DNA from: Lachnospiraceae bacterium
GTDB lineage: Bacteria; Bacillota_I; Bacilli_A; RFN20; CAG-826
Length of the DNA: 45,860 nt
Reading direction: 5' to 3'
Assembly: GCA_963660725.1 (NCBI GenBank)
Contig: CAVKZU010000020.1
Location: 1-45,860, forward strand
The notes beneath the pieces are model-generated. The model saw nothing but the letters and a program-made list of their open reading frames with translations, searched no databases and was not told the DNA's origin. Positions 38,421 through 45,860 of the stretch are shown here, in pieces. Both the position numbers and the translations under genes were made by a program. Each line of letters opens with the position of its first letter. The first letter of the stretch is position 1.

Positions 38421-38899
38421 AAAAGATTGCAATTTATCCAGGAAGTTTTGATCCATTAACAAATGGACATTTAGATATTATTGAAAGAGCAAGTACAATC
38501 TTTGATGAAGTTATTGTATTAATCTCTTATAACCCTAAAAAGATAGGAAGATTTCCTTTAGAAATTAGAGAAAGAATGGTAAAAGAAAGTTGTAAACATT
38601 TAGTAAATGTTAAAGTAGACGCTTTCAATGGATTAGTAGTTAGATACGCAAAAGAAAATAACGCTAAATTTTTAGTAAGAGGATTAAGAGCAGCAGGAGA
38701 TTATGAATATGAATGGAGTTTATATTCAGGAAATAGATTTATTGATCCAAGTATTGATATGGTTTATTTAATGTCTAAACCTGAAAAATCAATGATTTCT
38801 TCTACTGCAGTTATGGAATTTATTAGAACTGATGTAGATGTTTCTACTCTTGTTCCTAAGGCAGTTTATAATATCATTCAAGAATTAAAGTCAAAGTAG
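38417..38899 (+). CDS. coaD: phosphopantetheine adenylyltransferase
   Basis: IAIYPGSFDPLTNGHLDII, RGLRAAGDYEYE, ISST. Confidence 0.95.
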   Translation: MKKIAIYPGSFDPLTNGHLDIIERASTIFDEVIVLISYNPKKIGRFPLEIRERMVKESCKHLVNVKVDAFNGLVVRYAKENNAKFLVRGLRAAGDYEYEWSLYSGNRFIDPSIDMVYLMSKPEKSMISSTAVMEFIRTDVDVSTLVPKAVYNIIQELKSK

Positions 38900-38922
38900 T
38901 TATTAAGTTAACTACTTTTTTT
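38894..38922 (+). terminator. intrinsic terminator after coaD
   Basis: AAGTAGTT-N8-AACTACTT followed by TTTTT. Confidence 0.7.
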
Positions 38923-38928
38923 GAATAA

Positions 38929-38960
38929 TAAAAAAATCAGTAGATTTTATTCTACTGATT
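38929..38960 (-). terminator. intrinsic terminator after the 38966..39844 gene
   Basis: Minus strand AATCAGTAGA-N7-TCTACTGATT followed by a T-run. Confidence 0.75.
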
Positions 38961-38965
38961 AATTT

Positions 38966-39844
38966 TTAAGCATTAACTAATTTATTTTCAAAGTCTTCTT
39001 TACCCATCCAAGCATTTGCTAAGAATTTAGTACAATCAATATTGATATCATCACTATCTGATGATGGGATTGAATAGAAGATTGTTGAAATAATATAACC
39101 TGTTTGATTATCATCACTTAAATCAATAATCATACATGTTGGAGTTTGAATCTTACTTGTTTCATTTAATCCAGTTGTATTTGAAATAAGAGTTGAAGCA
39201 CTAGTTGAATTTGATTGAGCTAAGTTAATATAGTAATTTTGTTTATCAACCATACTCATTGCAGTTCTATAAAAACTTAAATAAGAGTTACTTGCAACTA
39301 AATCATCAATTGGTTTTCTATTTTCTTCTTCATAGTAATCATCATCGAATGTTTGATCAACTTCAATAGCTTGGAATTTATATTTAGCATATGTTTCTCC
39401 ATCAAGTCCAATATAACTTGACCAGTTATTTTGTAAATATTCAGCACCAACTTTTAAGTTTTTACATGATGAGCAATCTTCTTGAACGAAGAATAAGAAG
39501 AATTTATTTTCACCACTATAATTTTTTAAAGATTCTTGAGCTTTTGATTTGTCTCCTTGTGCCCATGCATCTTGAGCATCAACGAATGCATCAAAGAATT
39601 TATTTGCAGCACTATTTTCTTGACCTTGCTTGCTTCCTTCAAGTGATAAGTAAGATGTTTCAAAATATTTTAAATGTGATTCTTTTTGATTGATAAGATT
39701 TTGAATACCTTGTGAGATGTATGGAATAGAAAGAATAATTCCGAAGATACATCCAACAATAAGGAGTGGTTGAATCCAAGCTGTTTCTTTAATCCAATTC
39801 CATAAAGCAACAAATGGTTTCGCAATAGCTTTTAATATTTTCAT
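38966..39844 (-). CDS. membrane-anchored protein with thioredoxin-like CxxC region
   Basis: One N-terminal TM helix (WIQPLLIVGCIFGIILSIPYI). FLFFVQEDCSSCKNL is followed later by IQTPTCMIID, a cis-Pro-like TPT. No close family recalled. Confidence 0.5.
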   Translation of the reverse strand: MKILKAIAKPFVALWNWIKETAWIQPLLIVGCIFGIILSIPYISQGIQNLINQKESHLKYFETSYLSLEGSKQGQENSAANKFFDAFVDAQDAWAQGDKSKAQESLKNYSGENKFFLFFVQEDCSSCKNLKVGAEYLQNNWSSYIGLDGETYAKYKFQAIEVDQTFDDDYYEEENRKPIDDLVASNSYLSFYRTAMSMVDKQNYYINLAQSNSTSASTLISNTTGLNETSKIQTPTCMIIDLSDDNQTGYIISTIFYSIPSSDSDDINIDCTKFLANAWMGKEDFENKLVNA

Positions 39845-40001
39845 AGATTACCTCTTATAATTTTTTTAACGTTTAAAACTAGACATAAAAAACAACACAT
39901 TTTTAATGTCGAAAACTATTATACAAGAAATAATTAAAAATTGGTATAAACTTTTTAATATTTTTGTTGTATTTCAAAATTATTAAAATAAAATATTGTA
40001 T

Positions 40002-41078
40002 ATGTATTATTTTAAGAAATTTAAAAAGAAGGTTATAGACTATTTTTTTGATCATCCTCATCAAAAAACTATTGCAAATGATATCTATATTATTTTAGTA
40101 ACTGTAGTTGGTGCATTGGTTTTTAGTTTCGGATTCAAAACATTTATTCAACCTAACTATGAAGCATTTAGTGATCAAAGTATTGCTAATGATCCTACCG
40201 CAATTAAATCTTTAGCAAGTTGTGGAGCAAGTGGAATCTCTCAATCGGTATTACAAATATTTAAATTATGTGGATTTGATTTTATTAAAGATCCATTTAA
40301 TCAATATATTACTAATTTCGTTGCATATTTCATTATTAATCTTCCTTTATTAATCTTTGGATTTTTTAAAGTTGGTAAGAAGTTTGCAATTATTACATTA
40401 TTTAATGTTCTTTGTGTTACGCTATTTGGTATTATTCTTCCAAATAATGAAGGTGATTTTATTACTCAAATTTCTGAATATGTTTATCTTCAACCAGTTG
40501 CTAGAATCTTATTTGCAGGAATGTGTACAGGATTTGCAAGTGCTACAAGTTATATGATTGATTCAACTGCTGGAGGAACTGATATTATTGCATATTACAT
40601 CAGTGAGAAAAAATCAATGGGAGTTGGTAAATGGAGTGCAATATTAAATTTCTTTGTAGTTTTAACATTTACAATTCTTTCTACACTTTCAGGAGGTTTA
40701 GTAAATGGAGTTGATTTTACTCCAATTAAACCTGCTACTGCAGTAATTATTCTTCTTTATACCTTCCTTTATATGGTTATTACTACAATTGTTGTAGATA
40801 ATATTAATGTATTTAATAAAAAACTTAATATTCAAATTACAACTAGAAATGAGAATTTATCCCAAGTTATTATCGCTAATGTTCCTCATGGATGTACAAT
40901 TGTTAAAGGAAGTGGAGGATTTACTGGTAAAGATATTTATATTATTTCAATTACAGTTAGAAAAAATGAATACAAAAAGGTAGTTAAAATTGCTAAACAA
41001 GCAGATCCAAATTGTTTTATTAATGTTTTAGTAAATGAACAAGTTTATGGTAAATTCTTTAGAAAACCAATTAAATAA
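40002..41078 (+). CDS. YitT-family membrane protein (DUF2179 C-terminal domain)
   Basis: Multi-TM N-terminal part; C-terminal VPHGCTIVKGSGGFTGKDIYIISITVRKNEYKKVVKIAKQADPNCFI. ATG at 40002 is preferred over TTG at 39996. Confidence 0.8.
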   Translation: MYYFKKFKKKVIDYFFDHPHQKTIANDIYIILVTVVGALVFSFGFKTFIQPNYEAFSDQSIANDPTAIKSLASCGASGISQSVLQIFKLCGFDFIKDPFNQYITNFVAYFIINLPLLIFGFFKVGKKFAIITLFNVLCVTLFGIILPNNEGDFITQISEYVYLQPVARILFAGMCTGFASATSYMIDSTAGGTDIIAYYISEKKSMGVGKWSAILNFFVVLTFTILSTLSGGLVNGVDFTPIKPATAVIILLYTFLYMVITTIVVDNINVFNKKLNIQITTRNENLSQVIIANVPHGCTIVKGSGGFTGKDIYIISITVRKNEYKKVVKIAKQADPNCFINVLVNEQVYGKFFRKPIK

Positions 41079-41088
41079 GGAGTAAATT

Positions 41089-41652
41089 ATGATTAAAAAG
41101 TTAGGTATTAAACCAATTATTTATCCTCAACCAGTATTTATTATTGGAAGTTATGATAGTAATAATAATATAGATGCAATGAATGCTGCATGGGGAGGAA
41201 TTGCAGATAATGATAAAATATTTATTTGTATGGGAAATGATCATCAAACTACAAAGAATTTATTATTAAATAAAGAATTAAGTGTATCAATTGGTACTAG
41301 AAGTCATCTTATAGATTGTGATTATGTTGGGATTGAAAGTGCAATTAAAAATCCAAACAAGATAAAAAATACCTCATTAACTCCTAAAAAATGTCCTGAT
41401 ATTAATGCACCTTATTTTGAAGAATTACCATTAGTATTTGAGTGTATTGTAGAAAGTTATGATCAAGAATCATGTTATTTATTTTTAAAAGTAGTAGATA
41501 CTTTATGTGATGATTCTATTTTAAAAGAAGATGGTAAAATCGATGTTAGAAAGTTAGATCCTATTATTTATGATGGAAGTAATCATAAATATTATTCTTT
41601 TGGAGAAGAAGTAGGAGACGCTTTCAAAGATGGTTTAAAGCTTAAAAAGTAG
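41089..41652 (+). CDS. flavin reductase-like (flavoredoxin) family protein
   Basis: 187 aa; the pattern YPQPVFIIGSYDSNNNIDAMNAAWGG is typical of FMN-binding split-barrel flavoredoxins. Confidence 0.7.
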   Translation: MIKKLGIKPIIYPQPVFIIGSYDSNNNIDAMNAAWGGIADNDKIFICMGNDHQTTKNLLLNKELSVSIGTRSHLIDCDYVGIESAIKNPNKIKNTSLTPKKCPDINAPYFEELPLVFECIVESYDQESCYLFLKVVDTLCDDSILKEDGKIDVRKLDPIIYDGSNHKYYSFGEEVGDAFKDGLKLKK

Positions 41653-41663
41653 TGATAATTAAA

Positions 41664-41692
41664 CATGCCTTATTAAATTAAGGCATTTTTTT
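41664..41692 (+). terminator. intrinsic terminator
   Basis: ATGCCTTA-N6-TAAGGCAT followed by TTTTTT. Confidence 0.75.
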
Positions 41693-41715
41693 ATGATTAA
41701 CTTTATAATATAGAT

Positions 41716-42537
41716 ATGGATTTTAAAGATTATTGGAATAAAGAACATAAAAAATGGATAAATAACGAAATAAAAATGGATGATTGGTTAGATAAATACC
41801 AAGATTTAATTAAAAATACTAAATCTAAAATACTTGATTTAGGATGTGGACTTGGAAATGATTCATTATATTTAAAAGAATTAAATAAAGAAGTTATTGC
41901 GGTAGATTATTCTAAAGAAGCATTAGATTTTGTCTCCTCACACATTCAAGGTATAGAAACTTTAGAATTAGATATTTCTAAACCTTTACCTTTTAAGAAT
42001 AATGAATTTGAATTAATAATTGCAGATTTATCACTCCATTATTTTTCTAAGGATACTACAATTAAAATTATGAAAGAAATAAAAAGAATTCTTAAGGGTG
42101 GTGGAATCTTACTTGCAAGAGTTAATTCAATTGATGATATTAATTTTGGTAGTAAAGAAGGGGTGAAAATTGAAAATAATTACTATTTTGTAAACGGATA
42201 TAACAAAAGATTTTTTGATTTTAATGATATATTTTATTATTTTGAAATCATTGGAGAAGTAACTGAAGAAGAAAAAGAGATGAATAGATACGCAAAACCT
42301 AAAAAAGTATATGAAGTAAAGGTTATTAAAAATTCATTAAATTTAAAATTTAGATGCTACACTTTAGTAAAAACATTAGTAGATAAAGGTGATATTGAAA
42401 AAGGAGAAGAAGGATATATTATTGATGTATATAATTCTCCTAGTGAAGGTTATGTTGTTGATTTTAACGAAAATAATAAACATTCTTGGGATTATGAAAT
42501 TTATTATCCTAATGAAATAGAAGAAGTTAAAAAATAA
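41716..42537 (+). CDS. class I SAM-dependent methyltransferase with a C-terminal DUF4926-like small beta domain
   Basis: Motif I ILDLGCGLGNDS, LIIADLSLHY, GGILLARV. The ~70-aa tail GDIEKGEEGYIIDVYNSPSEGYVVDFNE resembles DUF4926. Confidence 0.7.
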   Translation: MDFKDYWNKEHKKWINNEIKMDDWLDKYQDLIKNTKSKILDLGCGLGNDSLYLKELNKEVIAVDYSKEALDFVSSHIQGIETLELDISKPLPFKNNEFELIIADLSLHYFSKDTTIKIMKEIKRILKGGGILLARVNSIDDINFGSKEGVKIENNYYFVNGYNKRFFDFNDIFYYFEIIGEVTEEEKEMNRYAKPKKVYEVKVIKNSLNLKFRCYTLVKTLVDKGDIEKGEEGYIIDVYNSPSEGYVVDFNENNKHSWDYEIYYPNEIEEVKK

Positions 42538-42576
42538 AAAAACATACCCTTAAAGATATGCTTAAAAAAATAAATT

Positions 42577-42665
42577 TGGCGGAGAAAAAGGGATTCGAAC
42601 CCTCGCACCATTTCTGATCTATTGGTTTTCGAAACCAACCCCTTCAGCCACTTGGGTATTTCTCC
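42577..42665 (-). tRNA. tRNA-Ser (anticodon CGA), CCA encoded
   Basis: Minus strand GGAGAAATACCCAAGTGGCTGAAGG-GGTTGGT-TTCGAAA-ACCAAT-long variable arm-GCGAGGGTTCGAATCCCTTTTTCTCCGCCA. It has a 7-bp acceptor stem, a TTCGAAT T-loop, the long extra arm typical of Ser, and the anticodon loop UU-CGA-AA. Confidence 0.9.
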
Positions 42666-42743
42666 GTTTTCTATTATATCAAAATTAGAACTTATTAATA
42701 ATAAAATATTAAAAATTATTAATAGATAGAGTATAATAAAGAG

Positions 42744-44566
42744 ATGGTTATTTTAGAAGAAAGTGTTAGAAATTACGTTATTCCAAATTTTGTAATTGTT
42801 GTATTATGTTTAATCGTCCTTTTAATATTAGGAGGATTTGCAATTTTTATTTTGCATAAATATGAAGATAATAAGCTTAGAAAAACATTTAAAAAAGAAA
42901 TTGTTAAATCAAATAAAATCATTGTTTCTTTTAATGATGAAACTGTAGATATTTATAATCCTCATAGAACTAGTAATAAAAAAACAATTACGTATGATAA
43001 ATTTTTAAGATTAATTCATGAAAAAGAAAGAACTGATTTTGAAAATTGGTTAAGAGAAGTTTCTAAAAAAGAATTTAAATATGAAAACCACGATAATGCT
43101 AAAATCTTTACAACTGTTTTTAATGAAAAAAAGGGTACTTATTTAAAGAATACGCTAAAATCTTTACTACTGTTTTTAATGAAAAAAAAGGTACTTATTT
43201 AAAGAATTTATTTTGTATTTATCAAATAGATCGAAAAAATAATAAAGTATTTTTAAATTCTGAATACTTACTTAATACCCCATGTAATTATAATAAAAAT
43301 AAACAAAGATATTCTCGTCCTCTTCAACCTTATGAAGATATTATTAAATTATATGATAATGGATTCTTTTTAAGAGGATGTTCTATTTCAATTAAATTTG
43401 AAAAGAAAGATGATAATTATATTGCATATAATAGTGAAGAAGTTAGATTTTTCCTTCTTGATGCGTTATTTAAATTTCTTGATGAAACTACAATCTATTT
43501 TTATTATAAAGATAGTAATGAATTTGAAATTAATTTACTTGATAAAAAAGCTATTACTAAATATTCATTAAAGAAAATGTTAAATAATATTAATAATTCT
43601 ATTAATAAAACATTTGAATTTTGTGGATATGATGATTCTTTTGATTTCTATATTGTTGGAGGACTTGTTAGTGAACTCCCTCACGATACAAATAAAATGT
43701 ATGAAGAATTAAATGATTTATTTAAAAATTCATTATCTTCTCAATCAAATATTGGGATTTATGAAATAAATAAAGATGATGATGAAGGTATGGGATATAA
43801 AAATGAAGTTATTTCAATTTATCGAAATAAAAATATAACTTCTACATTTATGAATGTAATTAAACTTAATCCTTTATACAATCAATTACCTTCAAATTAT
43901 GGATATATTGCTGAATTTAATATTGATAGCAAGAAATTTAAAAACTTTGATGAATTAGTAGAAGCTAGTGAAATTTATGGAAAAGTTAAATCAGTTTATG
44001 CTGCTGCAATCCAAAATTCATTAGAAATTTATCTTGCTCAAAGAGAAAGTTATTTTTCTAAATTTATCTTTAATATTAAAAAAGAATTTATTAGTGAAGT
44101 AATTCCTTCTATTAATAAGATGGAAAAAGTAGATCAAGCACATATTGTCTTTTTAGTAGATATGAATGAACTTTTAGATGAAAAGAATGATTCTAAAAAG
44201 TTAGATTTATTTAAAAATATTCACACTAAAGGATTTGAAATTGCTGCATTAATTAAATCTAGCGATACTTTAGTAGACGCAACAATATGCAAAGAAGTTG
44301 ATGCTTTCTTTATTGAAAGTAATTTAAAATTTGGTGTTAAAGCTGATAGTAGAGATTTTATGAAAATACATTCTTTATTAGATAGACTTGTTGGATTCAA
44401 AAAACCGTTAATTATTTATGATTCAAATAGCTTTACGGAAGTTGAATTATTCTTTAAAGCAGGAATTTATCATTTTTCTTCTACTATTTTATCTAAAGCA
44501 AGTGCTACAATATTACCGTTAGACAAAAAAGTCGTTAGAAAATTACAAAATATTACTAAGAATTAG
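42744..44566 (+). pseudogene. membrane-anchored protein with degenerate GGDEF-like and EAL-like regions, frame broken by a 56-bp tandem duplication
   Basis: ORF 42744..43202 stops inside copy 2. The +2 frame is open from the duplication to TAG at 44566, and the tracked ORF 43577..44566 is its Met-started tail. Removing one copy gives a 588-aa frame. The C-terminal layout parallels an EAL domain but lacks the EAL/DDFG/EGVE residues. The domain call is tentative. Confidence 0.7.
43098..43209 (+). repeat. 56-bp direct tandem duplication (2 copies; 2 internal mismatches plus a diverged junction)
   Basis: GCTAAAATCTTTAC(A/T)ACTGTTTTTAATGAAAAAAA(G/A)GGTACTTATTTAAAGAAT occurs at 43098 and again at 43154. 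The two internal differences (ACA/ACT, AAG/AAA) are synonymous. Confidence 0.95.
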
Positions 44567-44574
44567 GAGAAGTT

Positions 44575-45860
44575 ATGGCAGATATTAAAAATAAATCAAT
44601 CACTTCAAGAGATGAAGATTTTGCTCAATGGTACACTGATGTATGTAAAAAAGCAGAATTAATGGATTATAGTGAAGCTAAAGGTTTTATTATTTATAGA
44701 CCTTATGGGTACGCAATTTGGGAACAAATCCAAAAATTTATGGATGAAGAATTCAAAAAGGTAGGAACTGAAAATGTTTATATGCCTTTAGTTATTCCTC
44801 AATCATTATTCCAAAAAGAAAAAGATCACGTTCAAGGTTTTGCTCCTGAATGTTTAATTGCTACAAAAGGTGGTACAAACGATTTACAAGATCCATTAAT
44901 CATTAGACCAACAAGTGAATGCGTATTTACTGATCATTTTGCTCATATTATTTCATCTTATAGAGATTTACCAAAGATGTATAATCAATGGTGTTCTGTT
45001 GTTAGATGGGAAAAAACTACAAGACCATTTTTAAGAGGAAGTGAATTCTTATGGCAAGAAGGTCATACAATGCATGCAACAGAAGATGAAGCAAGAGCAG
45101 AAACTTTAAAAATGCTTGAAATTTACGATAAAACTGGTAAAGATTTACTTGCTATTCCTTTTGTTAAAGGAAGAAAAACTGAAAAAGAGAAATTTTCAGG
45201 TGCTAAAGAAACATATACTATTGAAGCATTAATGCATGATGGCAAATGTTTACAAAGTGGTACATCACATTATTTTGGAAATGAATTCTCAAAAGCATTT
45301 GGCGTTCAATTCCTTGATAAAGATGGAAAATTAAAGAATCCTTATCAAACAAGTTGGGGAGCTTCAACACGTTTAATTGGATCTATTATTATGGTTCATG
45401 GCGACGATAATGGATTAGTTTTACCTCCAATGGTTGCACCAATTCAAGTTGTTATTATTCCAATTCAAATGCAAAAAGAAGGCGTTATTAAAAAGTGTGA
45501 AGAAATTTATGAAACTTTAAAGAATGCTGGAATTAGAGTTAAACTTGATAAGAGTGATAAAACTCCTGGATGGAAATTCTCTGAATATGAAATGAAAGGA
45601 ATTCCTTTAAGAATTGAACTTGGTCCAAGAGACATTCAAAATGATGCATTAACAATTTGTAAAAGAAATGATGGTACAAAAGAAGTTATCAAAATCGAAG
45701 ACACTTTAAGCGAAGTTAATAGACTTTTAAAGAAAGTTCATGAAGAAATGTATAATGCAGCGCTCAAGAACTTACTTTCAAATATTAGAGAAGTTCACAC
45801 CGAAGAAGAATTAAAAGAAGCTTTAGATAAAGGTGGATTCGTTAAGATGATGTGGTGTGG
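44575..45860 (+). CDS. proS: prolyl-tRNA synthetase (archaeal/eukaryote-like short type), 3' end outside window
   Basis: ATG at 44575 after AGGAGAAG; open to the window end, so it is absent from the ORF track. FAQWYTDVCKKAELMDYSEAKGFIIYRPYGYAIWE, IRPTSE, FLWQEGHT, SWGASTR. Confidence 0.9.
   Translation, partial: MADIKNKSITSRDEDFAQWYTDVCKKAELMDYSEAKGFIIYRPYGYAIWEQIQKFMDEEFKKVGTENVYMPLVIPQSLFQKEKDHVQGFAPECLIATKGGTNDLQDPLIIRPTSECVFTDHFAHIISSYRDLPKMYNQWCSVVRWEKTTRPFLRGSEFLWQEGHTMHATEDEARAETLKMLEIYDKTGKDLLAIPFVKGRKTEKEKFSGAKETYTIEALMHDGKCLQSGTSHYFGNEFSKAFGVQFLDKDGKLKNPYQTSWGASTRLIGSIIMVHGDDNGLVLPPMVAPIQVVIIPIQMQKEGVIKKCEEIYETLKNAGIRVKLDKSDKTPGWKFSEYEMKGIPLRIELGPRDIQNDALTICKRNDGTKEVIKIEDTLSEVNRLLKKVHEEMYNAALKNLLSNIREVHTEEELKEALDKGGFVKMMWC

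Noticed and set aside
42538-42576. Terminator hairpin downstream of tRNA-Ser and the methyltransferase gene
   Set aside because: The only pairing available (ACATACC/GATATGC region) has mismatches and a short stem, which is too weak to annotate.

Overview
AT-rich (roughly 30% GC by eye) chromosomal segment from a low-GC Bacillota or Mollicutes-like bacterium. It uses the standard code: TGA ends the ORFs at 31339, 37884 and 38420, and Trp is TGG. The core is a complete S10-spc-alpha ribosomal supercluster (rpsJ to rplQ, with secY-adk-map-infA-rpmJ and no rpmD) at 15.9-30.6 kb; many of its r-proteins carry charged extensions. Other content: a queuosine module (candidate preQ1-type leader, queT, tgt, queA, and queH fused to a GT2-like domain); two paralogous polar amino-acid ABC transporters, one behind a lysine riboswitch and one behind a T-box with a CGU (Arg) specifier; a Mn riboswitch with mntP; spx; CYTH and nadK; def-rnj-maf; ylbF-like-rsmD-coaD; tRNA-Ser(CGA); hpt; and proS cut by the window edge. 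Accessory parts: (i) an AAA/DUF4143 ATPase gene bracketed by a 23-bp x6 array upstream and a palindrome plus 33-bp x3 array downstream; (ii) a very AT-rich islet with an AlbA_2-wHTH gene, an Abi2/HEPN gene and two tandem promoter-to-terminator small-RNA modules of unknown class. Three near-identical tandem duplications (77, 75 and 56 bp) lie inside coding regions and two of them break the frame. All 7 differences between copies are synonymous, so an assembly or strain-mixture artefact must be excluded before calling these pseudogenes. All calls come from reading the sequence and ORF translations and from remembered family motifs; no searches were run.
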